From Eledone cirrhosa (Eukaryota), in NCBI GenBank assembly GCA_964016885.1, contig OZ024743.1:322462001-322526000 (forward strand): DNA of 64,000 nucleotides, given 5' to 3'. The notes below the pieces were generated by a model. That model saw nothing but the letters and a program-made list of their open reading frames with translations. It made no database searches and was not told the origin of the DNA. The translations under genes and the position numbers were made by a program. Every line of letters starts with the position of its first letter. The first letter of the stretch is position 1. This document shows positions 42,091-55,752 of the stretch, piece by piece.

Positions 42091-43202
42091 ACTAGGGCTA
42101 TAACACCCCACTTGCCGATTTTGCAATGGGTAACCCCTGCTTGCCAAGGAAGACGTAAGATCTTCTTTGTATTCTTTTATCGCTTCCTTTATTTCCTTCC
42201 CCCCTCTCTCCTTTGTCCTTCTACCCCAGCTCTTCTCCCTTGTCGGCGTCTTTTCTCGCCCACCCGAGGCTGCTCTTTGGCCCCATGTAGCCTTAGTACC
42301 CCCACCACCCCCTCCCCTAGTCTATGATAGATTTGGCGGACTCCGCCCTTTATAGCAGTTGGCTTAGACCCCGGATACTTGCCCCCTTTTCCCGACCGCT
42401 CCCACTATTCTCTGTGCCCTCTATATTTCTTAGTGGCACTTATGCCTTATTTTTTCGTTTCAGTATTTCTTGCTTCGCTTTTCTTCTGGGCGGGGTGGAT
42501 TCTGAATTTATTTCTCCGTATTCTACCTTTATTTCGTACGAACTTTCATGTAGCTTGTTTTAGATCTTTTAGAGTTAGCATTAGTATATATTTTTCTCGG
42601 GACTCAGAATTATTATCTCGTACAAGTTCACTTTGCTGCACTGGGTCGTTGCTGGCCCGGGATGGAAACCTTTATTGTTTATTTCGTGGTAGTCTCTTTA
42701 GTATTTTGGCCCCTTTTGTTGACCCGTCACCGTATCATTTACGTACTTATACCTCTTAAAAGGGTCCTTGCCTATACCGTCCCACCTAGTTCTTTTACTT
42801 ATTTCGTTATTTCTTTATTTATTTATTTATTTACTTCTTTCTTTCTTTCTTTATTTTATTCTAGCCTAACAATAGCCTGAGACCTAGGTCGTAGAATTTA
42901 ATTTACTTTACTTTTTTCTTTACACTTATTTGCTTTTCTTCACTCTCAGTATTTTTTCTTTCCTATATATTTCTACCCCCCATTGTTCTACCTACCGTTC
43001 CGACTTCCTCCCCCTTCCCCTCCCCTGTATCTTCTTTGACCTCATGCCCAGCTGTAGCTGGCACTACCAACGCTTGATTGGGTCTACTCCACCCCCTCCC
43101 CTCTTTCTCCTACTGGCAGGTTTAGCCACCATCTCCCCTACTAATTTGCAACCACAGAATTACTACTGATTTTTGACAATCACTTTGACCATATATGGAA
43201 TT

Positions 43203-43296
43203 ACCCCTTGAGAAGATCGGCTATTTAAATACCAGGATAAATTTTCATTTAGTCCAGAATTAGCCGTCGAAACGGCTTGAGCTCAGCTGTCGGGGT
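43203..43296 (+). ncRNA. Type I hammerhead (U3:A8 variant) in the 3' pseudo-LTR
   Basis: ACCCC TTGAGAA GA(T)CGGCTA...TAGCCGTC GAAA CGGCT-TGAGCTC-AGCTG T C GGGGT. Predicted cleavage after C43291. Confidence 0.75.
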
Positions 43297-43387
43297 CTTA
43301 CTGGTTCCTATTACCCACTCTACTACCTCAAGTATTGAGTACTTTGGTGCGTTATGGTCCACCTGGTTCCTTACCACATTTCCTTCG

Positions 43388-43428
<41 letters not shown>

Positions 43429-43569
43429 ACACAGATTCATATACATATATATTTACCTACTGCCGGATAACAAATAATCGCCCCGCCCCTTATTAGGAGG
43501 TGTATGTGTGTTTGTGGGTCTATACACACGCAAACACGCACACACACACACATGCGCGCGCGCGCGCGT

Positions 43570-43724
<155 letters not shown>

Positions 43725-43726
43725 TA

Positions 43727-45181
43727 GCGACGAGCTTCAAAGATCGGTGGTATAACCATCGCCATTCCTTTAACAGAATAGATAAGAGGAAATGTACGGT
43801 CCTTTCTGAATTGATCTGGAAGCTCAAACTTGAAAAGACCCCGCACTGTCTGGTTTGGTCCGTGGTTAGAAAGGCTCCCCCAGACAGAGGCGCGTCTGGT
43901 ATTTGCAGCCTCTGTCTTAGTGAGACACACGAGATTCTTCATGGCGAAACCAAGCTATTTAACAGAAGGGCCGCCTTATTCGGTGCCTGCAGACACCTAA
44001 GGACGGAAACTTTCCTCAATCTATACGGATAAACCCCGGTTACACCCACCCCCTGTAGGTCCCCTACACCCCGTACCAATGACCAATGGACAACAACAAC
44101 CACCCATAGTTTGTGGTCCCTATGGTGGATGGTCCACCGGATCCTCTACTGGTTAGGAGTCATCTAAACCACGTTTTAATGAATCTGATTTTATATATGT
44201 GTGTATGTATCATGTGTATATTTATGTATATTTTATATGTGTATATATGTGTACTTTATATATATGTATGTATATATATGTATATATTTTATATGTATAT
44301 ATTTTATATATATATATGTATGTATGGTTTATGTGTGTATATATTTTATGTTTGTGTGTATTTTATGTATATATATATTTTTATATGTATATATTTTATA
44401 TATATGTATGTTCTGTGTATATATGTATATATTTTATATATATATATGTATGCTTGTGCGTACATACATGCATACGTGTATATATATGCACACCTGTATG
44501 GATTTGTGTGTGTAGATGTGTGAATGTCTGAGGTGGTAGGTGTGTACAAGTATGTACAAGTCAACCAGCATAAACCTTTTATTTCTAAATTTTCTAAACT
44601 ATCTAAGTATTGGACTCTAACCAATATTTTAAGTACTACCACCCCACATTTCGTATGTGTGGATGTGTGTGTGTGTCTGTGGAGGTGGGTGTGAGTGTAG
44701 TGCAAGCCAACCTACATAAGTCTTTTTCTACTCTAACCATAAATTTCAGTAGCACCACTCCACATAAATTCCTCAATTTAAGAATGACCTGTAGTATCTA
44801 TTCATACTATTAACCTTAATTGAATATATATCTGACCAGGAATGCCTTTTGTGAAAATCAGTCATATGGAACTATTGTCATCTTGCCTGACGGTTTGAAC
44901 TTTACAAAACCACCTGCCTCTTTGAGGTCAAATACCAACCCTACTACCATCTACAAACTGACCAATGAGAATCAAGACTATTCCTGCTGACAACATTAAT
45001 TTATTCCTAACAAGCTCATATGTCCCAAGGGTCTGATACCATCAACACTATAAACACAGAGCTGGCATATCTAAGAACTGACTAACTGCCTGATGAGGTC
45101 ATAGCCATTCAATGGCTATCATCGAAATATATATAGCAGTAAATAAAGGATTATGAGTTCATGCAATTGACTTATGTTTCG

Positions 45182-45185
<4 letters not shown>
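43727..45185 (+). mobile_element. Second, more truncated PLE: C-terminal half of GIY-YIG (43727-44032) plus 3' region with hammerhead
   Basis: [13 protein letters not shown]...LSELIWKLK...WSVV...CSLCLSE...FNRR...ACRH aligns with the endonuclease of the 40615 ORF. Both ends abut (TA)n. Continuity across the internal low-complexity tract is inferred. Confidence 0.75.
45085..45140 (+). ncRNA. Canonical type I hammerhead ribozyme
   Basis: ACTGC CTGATGA GGT-C-ATAGCCAT-TCA-ATGGCTAT-C-ATC GAAA TATATA TA GCAGT, followed by AATAAA. Confidence 0.85.
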
Positions 45186-45216
<31 letters not shown>

Positions 45217-45886
45217 GCATACATACAAACATGTCATAAAAGCATATACACATGTATAGTTACAGAAACAGATGTACTATACATGTATACAAATATAACT
45301 TAAAACATTCATATCCACATATGCAATAACATCCATTGCTGCACACACACACACACACACACACACATACATACATACACACATACACACACACATACAT
45401 ACATACATACATACACACAGACACATGCGCGCACACACACACACACAAACACATACATACGTATTTACCTACTCTCGGGTCTCGAATAACCCCACCCCCC
45501 TCACACACATACTTATTAAATTTTGCTAATCTATCTCCGGCAAAATTTTATTTTAAGTGGTAGAATTCCTGCGACAATTAATTTTCTTTATACATTAAAA
45601 ACATTATACACTATATATGACAAACGTTATAAAATATATAGGAAGGGGTGGGGTCTCAAAATATAAGCTAAACGACTAATTCTGAGACAATCGAGAAAAA
45701 TTACTGATTTTTCAACCTTGTACCCGCTTATTCCAACTTCCCATTTTATTGCACTCCCCCCATGCTTATTCACCCCCCCCCCCTATTAATTGTGACCCAA
45801 GTATAGTTGATATTGTCTAACTTCCAATGAAAGAGTCTTGTTTCTTTGTTTGACTCTCTCTCCGAATTGGTGACAATTTATAGAAT

Positions 45887-45988
45887 AATTGTTTCTACTT
45901 TTGGCACAAGGCCAGTAATTACCCAGTGCATTACTGGTACTTTATTTTATCGACCCCGTAAGGATGAAAGGCAAAGTCAACCTCGGAA
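45887..45988 (-). mobile_element. Partial SINE (3' half)
   Basis: Matches 33526-33630. Confidence 0.8.
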
Positions 45989-46309
45989 TACAACTAGAAC
46001 ATACTTGCATACATACATGGATGCGTACATACACACATTCATACATGGATGCGTACATACACACATACATACATATATACATACATAACTGCATGTGCAC
46101 ATGTACAGATACAAAGCATATATACACCTGCATACATATAACTCAAAACATCCACATCCACACATACAATAACATCCATACCTGCACACACATGCACGCA
46201 TGCAGAGATGCATACATATCTACCTAGTTGATGTTGTGTAAATGCTAATGGAAGATTCTTGTGTCTATGTTAGAAACGGATTCTCTCTCTATTAGTAAAA
46301 AATTATAAA

Positions 46310-46375
<66 letters not shown>

Positions 46376-47169
46376 AATCATACATACATGCTTGGGGCAT
46401 TTCTGAATAAAGAATTTCAATAGAATGTCTCTGGAATAATGCTATTTTCCTTGGAATATTTCAAATATTCTGTTTACATCATATAAGGTGGAGAACTGGA
46501 TCTAGATATCCAGACTGTTCAAGTCTTTAAAAATAAACGTCCAGAGATAATTTAGAGAAGAGGGGTGGAGGGGACTAAGGAGGAAACAAGGAGAGGTTGA
46601 GGTAGTTTATATTGTTGTTGGTTTTGCTGTCTTATTTTTTTAATGATGGCAATGTAGAGGAAGGTGTAGGGGTGATTTGGCTGCTATTTTTAGTAAGTCG
46701 AATAACCTTGTAGCAGCCCTCCACTTGAATTAAGGCAGCAAAAATATTTCCAGAACATCAATCAACGTGTAAACATTTTAGGTGGTGAGATATTGGAAAT
46801 GTAAAAGGAACAGCTGATACGTTTCTCAATCTTTGAAGTGTGCGTACGAGTGAGTATGAGTTTGTAAGTGTGTATATGCATGTGTGCTTCTTTCTGTGTG
46901 CATGTGTGTATGCGTATGTGTTTGTGTGTGTTTGTGCTTGTGTGTGTATTGGCATGTTTGTTTGTCTTTTTTCTCTGTGTGGGCTTGTGTGAGCAATTAA
47001 GAAGTTCACTTGACAATGCCAAGGTTCCCGTTTTGAACCACCCTCTTCTTGATACCTTGAGTAACTCTGTATTTTACCATAGCCCCCCAGAATTTCCAGT
47101 GAAATTTCTTTAAACGGAGGTTGGATGAAAGACTATCCGATGGATTTTGCCTTCTTCTTCACCCACATA

Positions 47170-47390
47170 TTACTGAGCGTGTGTGGGGGAGGAGTCCTCA
47201 CGCACTCCACCCAGCCGGTCTTGTCAGAAGCAACCATCTCCAACTGATACAGCTGGATGCCCAAGCGAAAGCAACCCAAGCTCATTGATGTTATCCAACC
47301 ACCTTACTTGAGGTCTAATCTGGGTCTCCTGCCGGTTGGTTTTGCTCATAAAATCTGTCCAGCGATTCCAAACATTCTAACCACATGCCC
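47170..47390 (-). mobile_element. Highly decayed LINE (RTE-like) ORF 3' fragment
   Basis: Minus-strand peptides GHVVRM, KPTGRRPR and EMVASDKTGW resemble the post-RT terminus. Confidence 0.4.
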
Positions 47391-47517
47391 TAATTCTACT
47401 TGTTATTGAAAAATCCAGCTTTGGCAAACATAACCACATATTGAATCTCCTTGAAAATTATGTTATAGGTACAGGTGCCCGTGGAATACTCAGTTATATT
47501 AATCCCGATAATAGGAA

Positions 47518-47590
47518 GGCTCATGGCTTAGTTAGATAATTGGATTCACAATCTGGAGGTTACGAGTTCGATTCTCGGACCAGGCCAGCA
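47518..47590 (+). mobile_element. tRNA-derived SINE head (second family)
   Basis: GGCTCATGGCTTAGT (A box) ... GAGTTCGATTCTCGGACC (B box). Related to the head at 61835-61890 on the minus strand. Confidence 0.6.
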
Positions 47591-48026
47591 ACACTTTATT
47601 TCACGTTGTTCCTTTTTGCTAGGAGTTACGACCGGTAGGCCGGTAGTATCAGCAATGGAAAGACCAATGGAAACATTGTTTCCTTGGTCTGATTTGACGA
47701 GTTCCACCCCACTCATTAAACGAATGAGGTCTGGCATCTTGTCGATCGATGTAAAAAAACTAATTAAAGAATATATAATATCTATTATGTTTGTACTGTT
47801 ATCTGATTTTCACATGACTTTCCATTCCACCTATTTCTATATATATAATATCGATCTGAAATTTAGTTTCTTTTTATTTCCTGGAAACCTTTACGATTTT
47901 ACAAAGTTCTTTGTTAAACAACACCTACACTAAGAAAATAATTTCGTTCTTTCTACGAAATATTTATTACTATATATAAATATGCGTATATGCATGCATG
48001 AATATATATATATATATATATATATA

Positions 48027-48249
<223 letters not shown>

Positions 48250-48457
48250 GTTTCTGAATTTGTTTAGCAAGATTCTTTATCTGTAAACGTGTGTTGAAAC
48301 CGATATTGTTATACTTTGGGAGGGTTATGTTGCCAATAAGAAACACACGCACCAGTTGCTTTCACTCCAATTTATTATAAATTAAATTATAAATTTAAAA
48401 ATTTATAAATTTCCGGTTGGTTGGTTGGTTCCACAACCGGACGGTTGTTCATATATT

Positions 48458-48500
48458 GTCAAAGTTCTTTCGTCACATATTCTGTGACCTCTTCAGTGAC
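48458..48500 (-). ncRNA. Minimal type I hammerhead
   Basis: Reverse complement reads GTCA CTGAAGA G GTCACA-GAATA-TGTGAC GAAA GAAC T T TGAC. Confidence 0.7.
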
Positions 48501-48732
48501 TAGGGATTCTTCTCTTTTATTTGTGCCTCTCCTTTGTTCTGTCCTACGCCATCTTGTTTTTGTGTGCGTTGTGTGCTTAGTTTGCGCATGTGTTACATCC
48601 GGGTGTCTGTGTGTGTTTTTATTTGTTTATTTATTTTTTTATTTACATGTTACTGGTTGGTTGTTTGTTCTATGTGTGTTTTCATTTTGTCCTTAATTGT
48701 AAGTTGTGATGTTGCTATTCCATTCATGTTTT

Positions 48733-49122
48733 CTATTTTGGTTGTAGTTCATTTATGTTTATTGCCTCTGTGATTTGTCTAAACATTGCGTCTTTTCTGT
48801 GTGTAAATTCTATTTTTATTTCTATGTTCTCTAATTTGCCCTTATGTTCTATTTTAGCATGTTGGTGGAGTACTGATGAATCTTTTCTATCTTGAAGCTC
48901 TCGCCAGTGTTCATTCAATCGTTCTCCCATACTACGAGCTGTCTCACCTATGTGCACTATATTCTTATCTTTACATTTTCCTTCAGTACATCTTATACTA
49001 TATACTATGTTTCTAGTTTTACAGTTAATATGGGGGCTTAGTTTACAGATTATGCATTTCTTATCTATACAGGGAGGTCTTTGAAAAGGGTATGTATTAC
49101 TAGTAATACATACCCTTTTCAA
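48733..49122 (-). pseudogene. PLE GIY-YIG endonuclease remnant
   Basis: CIDKKCIIC...NCKTRNIVYSIRC...HIGETARSMGERLNEH...LHQHAKIEH...RQITEAININ. The first 7 or so codons derive from the fold-back arm. Confidence 0.85.
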
Positions 49123-49132
49123 AGACCTCCCA

Positions 49133-49698
49133 GTCTCGAAATTCCCTGCCGCTAAAAGTAGCAGCCTGGCTGACAGGACAATAAAAATTAGCTCTACATG
49201 ATGGAACCGCTTTTTTCTTAGAGCTATTTAATTGCAAGAGACTACCCTGAGTTCTTAACTCAATATATATTTGTCGGCTCCATCATGTAGAGCTAATTTT
49301 TATTGTCCTGTCAGCCAGGCTGCTATTTTTAGCGGCAGGGAATTTCGAGACAAGCTGGGTTCCGAATGACACGTGCGATAATTCATATCGTACACAATTC
49401 ATTCTCTAATATTTTTAGAAGTGAAAGGAACACTAATTTCACAACATCTACTGAGGAGCAGAGAAACGTGAAAACTTCACTTAATAAGTCGTTGCGAAAC
49501 AGTCTCCAACACTGTCTAGTTGTTACCAGGCATATTTGCCCAATATAGGTCTGTTATTTTTCTTAATTTAATATTTAAAGATAAGGATAACAAACTATAT
49601 TGCTGTAGTTAGTATTTTTTCACCCTAGCAAATTTTAGTCCTTACGATTCGAACACATGTATGTTTATATTAGTGTTCATCTCTCTTGTTTATTCAAT

Positions 49699-49702
<4 letters not shown>
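49133..49702 (+). mobile_element. PLE-type 3' end with a 77-bp-arm inverted repeat (49133-49209 / 49275-49351) and a hammerhead
   Basis: The inverted repeat is visible, the hammerhead lies at 49443-49524, and the segment ends at (TA)n. Confidence 0.6.
49443..49524 (+). ncRNA. Canonical type I hammerhead ribozyme
   Basis: AACA-T-CTA CTGAGGA GCA...TGC GAAA CAGT-CTCCAAC-ACTG T C TAG-T-TGTT. Predicted cleavage after C49516. Confidence 0.8.
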
Positions 49703-49732
<30 letters not shown>

Positions 49733-49736
<4 letters not shown>

Positions 49737-49875
49737 AAAAGAGTCAGGATCCCGAAAGGATCCAACTGACGAAGGTCAGCCGTCGGGGTCCTGACTCTTT
49801 TCCCTAAGTACTACCTAAAGAATCGAGTACTCTGGTGCGTTATGGTCCACATGGTATCTTACCACATGTTCTTTG

Positions 49876-49877
<2 letters not shown>
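49733..49877 (+). mobile_element. Ultra-short PLE hairpin plus tail, sister family of 39936-43389
   Basis: ggaaaagagtcagga / tcctgactcttttcc arms, then a tail gagtactctggtgcgttatggtccacatggtatcttaccacat similar to 43337-43379. Flanked by (TA)n. Confidence 0.75.
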
Positions 49878-49944
<67 letters not shown>

Positions 49945-49975
49945 GATATAGATATATATAGATATATATGTATAC

Positions 49976-50067
<92 letters not shown>

Positions 50068-50071
<4 letters not shown>

Positions 50072-50642
50072 TATGTAACCCATGTGCAACCACGCAGTAT
50101 TCTTCTTTCTTCTCATTTTTATTTATATATATTTACCTCGGCTGCGTTTGTCTGTTTCTCTCTTACTGCTTCCCCGTTCTCTCTGTTGCTCTCACCTTCT
50201 TTCGCCCCTCTGTCAGTTACACTTTCTCTCGACTGACCTCTTCCTCGCACTTCCACTCACTCACTCACTGTTTCTCCCCTTCTCACTTCATCCCGTTTGG
50301 CTAGTAGTGGGTTCTATTCTTGCTCACATCTCACTCACGTCGGACGGTCTGTATCCCGATCGCTCATGAAATCCACCCAGCTTATGCTGACCGGATAACC
50401 ATGTTGCTTGTTTATTTCCATCTTTGCGTTGCTTTCATCCTTCTATGTTGTTTACTTGTCTCACTCGCTTTACGCGATTTACTTGTCCCAATAGCTTTAT
50501 TTAGCTATTGCTCGCACCAACCTGAGGTATATGATTTTTAATGCGATGAAATATCAATGATGGTTGGCAAATCACTGACGAAGGACTATTTTTATCATAT
50601 GTAACCCATGTGCAACCACGCAGTATTCTTCTTTCTTCTCAT

Positions 50643-50645
<3 letters not shown>
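50068..50645 (+). mobile_element. Non-coding 526-bp unit with a terminal direct repeat (family also at 52910-53150 -, 55040-55760 +, 60410-60690 -)
   Basis: atcatatgtaacccatgtgcaaccacgcagtattcttcttt occurs at 50068 and 50594. Flanked by (TA)n. Confidence 0.7.
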
Positions 50646-50698
<53 letters not shown>

Positions 50699-51117
50699 AT
50701 AATAATAAAATTGAAGACTAAAATCCAAAGAGGGCTCGATAAGGATAAATATATATCAAATATATAAAAACCGTAGAGCAAATATTTATTAAAATAACAG
50801 ATTAAAGTTTAAGCAAAGAATCGCTGCTTTCACCCTTAACGGGATCTTCTGAAACTAACAAAGTCAATCTGTAAACGCAGAACTGGATATTTCAAAAAAC
50901 GTTGCAACCGGAGGAAGACAGGAAGACGATACTTTGGTTCGTGGAAACGTTCGCTGGCAAAGAACGGGAAAAAACGAATAATACGTCACTAAAAGGAGCG
51001 GTAAAAAACAATTACGCGCAAAGACAGAACCACGTTTAGGTATAAAAGAGGTCGTAGACACTAATGTTCTCTTAGGTGGTGCATAGAGACGTTCTCTGGC
51101 AATGAACGAAAAAACGA

Positions 51118-51206
<89 letters not shown>

Positions 51207-51218
51207 TATATATATATA

Positions 51219-51273
51219 GAAGAAGAAGAAGAAGAAGAAGAAGAAGAAGAAGAAGAAGAAGAAGAAGAAGAAG

Positions 51274-51303
<30 letters not shown>
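51219..51303. repeat. (GAA)n microsatellite
   Basis: Directly visible. Confidence 0.95.
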
Positions 51304-51304
<1 letters not shown>

Positions 51305-51636
51305 TTCGTTTACATGTTTTTATTGTTTAAACCTGTTACACGCGTTTCGCAGAGGATTGGCTCAATGTCATCCATAGAAGTTATGGACTCGACTCCAGTA
51401 ATTCGACAAAAAATTATTTATTTCATGTTATTTTATTTATTATTTTATTTTATGCGGAATCGTCAGTCTGACGAGCAGATCGATACTGGTGGCAGACCCA
51501 TACCTTCCAAGTGTCCATACACAATAAAAGAAGAAATACATGTAAACGGAAAACTTTATCGGTTTTCTTATTATATACACTCTGTGCAACGAGTGCTCAT
51601 ATTGGTACCACCACCAATAATTCGCCCTATTACATA

Positions 51637-51687
<51 letters not shown>

Positions 51688-51691
<4 letters not shown>

Positions 51692-52097
51692 ATCAAAAGA
51701 TGGTTAAATGAGTTCAATGTATTTTATTATGCGCATTTCAAAAACAAATATCATCATGCAATAACATTTGTGTTTTCATCAGATAAAATAGGAGGACATG
51801 ATATGAAGGTTAAAAACACTTGTGGATAGTGCAGTTTTAAATCAACATATCATTTAAACTGCACTATCCACAAGTGTTTTTAACCTTCATATCATGTCCT
51901 CCTATTTTATCTGATGAAAACACAAATGTTATTGCATGATGATATTTGTTTTTGAAATGCGCATAATAAAATACATGGAACTCATTTAACCATCTTTTGA
52001 TCTTATATATTATGTATACTCCAGTCCTACAAACTGTAGAGTGCTTCTTATCCGATATCTGCATTGCTTTATTGTACTACAATAAAACTCACCTCCT

Positions 52098-52098
<1 letters not shown>
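51688..52098 (+). mobile_element. PLE-type fold-back (arms about 150 bp) plus a tail of about 88 nt
   Basis: 51688-51838 is inverted relative to about 51855-52010, and the tail is 52011-52098. Flanked by microsatellite. Confidence 0.85.
51903..51973 (+). ncRNA. Canonical type I hammerhead (mirror copy at 51720-51790, minus strand)
   Basis: TATTTTAT CTGATGA AAACACAAATGTTAT-TGC-ATGATGATATTTGTTTTT GAAA TGCGCA TA ATAAAATA. Confidence 0.85.
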
Positions 52099-52175
<77 letters not shown>

Positions 52176-52180
<5 letters not shown>

Positions 52181-52690
52181 GACGAGAGAAGAAACATTTA
52201 GATATAATTAGTAATAAAATGTATCATACCTAAACTGCTCCTAGATTCCTCGACTACGTAGTTTCGTGGCATAAACAAAAACAATACATCATAAAGATAT
52301 AGAGCTTTTGCGAGGTCTGCCGACTTATCAAGAGGATACCTCGTTTTACTAGCTTCAAGAACGCGTCTATATGACGTGAGAAAGAATCCCGTCATATAGA
52401 CGCGTTCTTGAAGCTAGTAAAACGAGGTATCCTCTTGATAAGTCGGCAGACCTCGCAAAAGCTCTATATCTTTATGATGTATTGTTTTTGTTTATGCCAC
52501 GAAACTACGTAGTCGAGGAATCTAGGAGCAGTTTAGGTATGATACATTTTATTACTAATTATATCTAAATGTTTCTTCTCTCTTCATAATGTACTTTTAG
52601 CTCTGATACTGGTTCAGTCTAATCCAACCGGATTGGTCTGTCCCAGTTATTCATAGAGCAACATCGGTTAAGGTTGGCACCATTAACTCA
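52176..52690 (+). mobile_element. PLE-type fold-back (arms about 200 bp) plus a tail of about 100 nt
   Basis: 52176-52376 is inverted relative to 52390-52590 (one mismatch noticed), followed by an unpaired tail. Confidence 0.85.
52430..52519 (+). ncRNA. Type I hammerhead, U3:A8 variant (mirror copy at 52247-52336, minus strand)
   Basis: TCCTC TTGATAA GT(C)GGCA...TGCCAC GAAA CTACGTAG T C GAGGA. Predicted cleavage after C52514. Confidence 0.8.
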
Positions 52691-52760
52691 AGGATGGATG
52701 TGGATACATTCATGTATATGTGTGTGTCCGCATGTATCTGTGTGTTTCTAAATATATTGT

Positions 52761-52791
<31 letters not shown>

Positions 52792-52856
52792 ATATATATT
52801 TATTAAAATAACAGATTAAAGTTTAAGCAAAGAATCCTCAAATTTATTATTATTAC

Positions 52857-52888
<32 letters not shown>

Positions 52889-53157
52889 GGGGGGGGGGGG
52901 TATGAATGATAAATATAGCGAGAAACAGGACTGTCCATCATCATTGATCTTCTGACTATCATCGATATTTCTTCGCATTAAAGACCAGATATCTCAAAAT
53001 CAGTGCGAGCAATAACTAAAATAAGTTATTGGGACAGAGCGAATTGGGTGGAGTAAGAGGCAGAGTAAACAAACAAAAGTATTAATGCAATGTAAAGAGA
53101 GAAAATGAGAGACAAGTCAATAATACATGTGAACTTAAGTTCGAACAAGTGTGTGTG

Positions 53158-53194
<37 letters not shown>

Positions 53195-53525
53195 ATACAC
53201 ACATATATATATACATATATATATATATGCATGTGTTTGTGCGTGTATATATATATATATACATACATCTGTGCGTGTGCGTGTGTGTGTGTGTATACAT
53301 ATATATATATATATATAAATTTTAGTACAGCATTAACGAAGCTTTAGTTTGCGGCCAAGCTAACGAATGCAAATTCGGTATGTAGCTTTAGCACTCGGAT
53401 GGGGAAAAGTACCCCAGAGTAATGACAATACGTTTAGACAGCTTAGCAAATCAAATAGAGCGATCGGCAGTCCAGCCGCATCACTAGAGCAAAGAGAGTA
53501 CAGGACTCAGGAAATGATATATACA

Positions 53526-53569
<44 letters not shown>

Positions 53570-53858
53570 TTACACTGGATTTTGTTTCTCGCTACTCGAG
53601 TTTCACGCTACTATCAAACGAGAACATTCAGTTAAAAGAAAACATATACGCTACAATATTGAATGTCTCCTTTTTTATTCGTTCAGAAAATCTAATATTT
53701 GAACACACCACATATGTGTGTGTGTGTGTGTATAGATAGATAGATATATATACATGTAAATATGTATATATATATATTTACATATATATGTATATATATG
53801 TATATATGTATATATAAATATATATGTATTTATGTATATCTATATATATATATGTATT

Positions 53859-53998
<140 letters not shown>

Positions 53999-54127
53999 TA
54001 AACGGAATAGAAAATGCTGACAAATTGTTCACAGTTGAAAAATGGTTTAATTAGGAATAAAAGAGTATTAGTGATTGTATGGGTTAGTATTCAGTTGTGG
54101 TTTTAAGTTTTTAAGTTATTACCGGTT

Positions 54128-54229
<102 letters not shown>

Positions 54230-54232
54230 TCA

Positions 54233-54700
54233 TGTGGAAGTCGGACCTTCGTAGAGATCTGCAAATCCGCCTCTTCATTGCTGTAGTGGAGTCTGTGCTG
54301 CTGTATGGGTCTGAGACTTGGACACTGACCAAGAAACTCACTCAGATGGTGGATGGGTGCTACACGAGAATGCTGAGGATGGCTCTGAACATTAATCAGT
54401 ATACACTGAGGATAAAAAAACTCAGAGCTGTATGGGAGCATCCCAAAAGTCAGCTCAAAAGTGACACAGAGGAGACTGAGGCTGGCTGGACATCCAGAGT
54501 TGACATTGCACTCAGTGCTCCTTTGGGAGCCCCTACATGGACACACTAGAAGAGGAAGACCAATGTTAACATATGTTGATGCCCTAAGGATAGACACTGG
54601 TCTATTGGAGATGCAGGATATGGCAGCGATAATGAGGGACAGAGACCGCTGGAGAGAACTCGTCCAAGGATCTCGGGAATTTTACCCGCCTTAGATAGAT
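54233..54700 (+). mobile_element. 5'-truncated RTE-X/RTE-like LINE 3' end
   Basis: [15 protein letters not shown]...[43 protein letters not shown], then a stop and a TAGA/TA tail. Confidence 0.85.
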
Positions 54701-54705
54701 ATATA

Positions 54706-54807
<102 letters not shown>

Positions 54808-54860
54808 TATTCATATATATACATATATATATATATACATAAATAAATATATATATATAA

Positions 54861-54922
<62 letters not shown>

Positions 54923-54936
54923 TTATTTATGTATAT

Positions 54937-55006
<70 letters not shown>

Positions 55007-55039
55007 GCATATATACATATATCTATACATATATATATT

Positions 55040-55752
55040 GTAGTTCTCTTTGTTGTTCTCCTGTCTCACTCGCTTTACGCGTTTCAATTGTCCCAATAAC
55101 TTATTTTGGTTATTATTGCACCGACGTGAGGTATATGATTTTTAATGCAATGAAATATCTATGATCGTCGGCAAATCACTGATGAGGGACTCATTTTATT
55201 ACATGTTATCCATGTGCTACCTGCAGTATTTTTCTCTATATTTTATTACATATATTTACCCAAACTGCGATTCTGTGTTTTTTTCTCTCTCTCTCTTACT
55301 GCTCCCCCATTCTCTCTGTTTCTCCTACCTTCTTTCGCCCCCTCTGTCATGTCAGTTAACTCTTCCTCACACTTTCACTCACTCACTGTTTCTCCTCTCT
55401 TCTCTTCATTTCATCCTGTACACCACGAAGGCTATTTTTCTCTCTTCTCACATGGCCATCGTTCGTGTCAGGTCTTTTTTCTAAAGCCCTCATATATTCA
55501 CCTAGCTTATGCTAAACAGAATAATTTTGCAGCTTGTTTCTTTCCCCTACGGTTAGCTATACTCTTTGTTGTTCTCCTGTCTCACTCGCTTTACGCGTTT
55601 CAATTGTCCTAATAACTTATTTTGGTTATTATTGCACCGACGTGAGGTATATGATTTTTAATGCAATGAAATATCTATGATCGTCGGCAAATCACTGATG
55701 AGGGACTCATTTTATTACATGTTATCCATGTGCTACCTGCAGTATTTTTCTC

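Larger units (their letters stand above)
39936..43389 (+). mobile_element. Penelope-like element: inverted 5' pseudo-LTR, 5'-truncated RT-GIY-YIG ORF, 3' pseudo-LTR and a tail of about 78 nt, inserted in (TA)n
   Basis: 39936-40645 is the reverse complement of 42601-43311 (one substitution and one 1-nt indel noticed). The tail is 43312-43389 and both flanks are (TA)n. Confidence 0.95.
48250..49131 (-). mobile_element. Third PLE (Neptune-like linker), 5'-truncated: GIY-YIG remnant, 3' hammerhead, 60-bp fold-back at the truncation point
   Basis: ORF 48733-49122, hammerhead 48458-48500, perfect palindrome 49072-49131, and a 3' end abutting (TA)n. Confidence 0.8.

Noticed and set aside
50821-50857. 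Minus-strand hammerhead CAGAAGA TCCC-GTTAA-GGGT GAAA GCAGC
   Set aside because: Core U4 and the cleavage triplet are mutated and there is no stem I. Probably a dead PLE relic.
51301-51640. Degenerate fold-back with split hammerhead halves (GCGAAACGCGTG on minus, CTGACGAGCAGA on plus)
   Set aside because: The halves lie on opposite strands and the arms are too diverged to call a functional motif.
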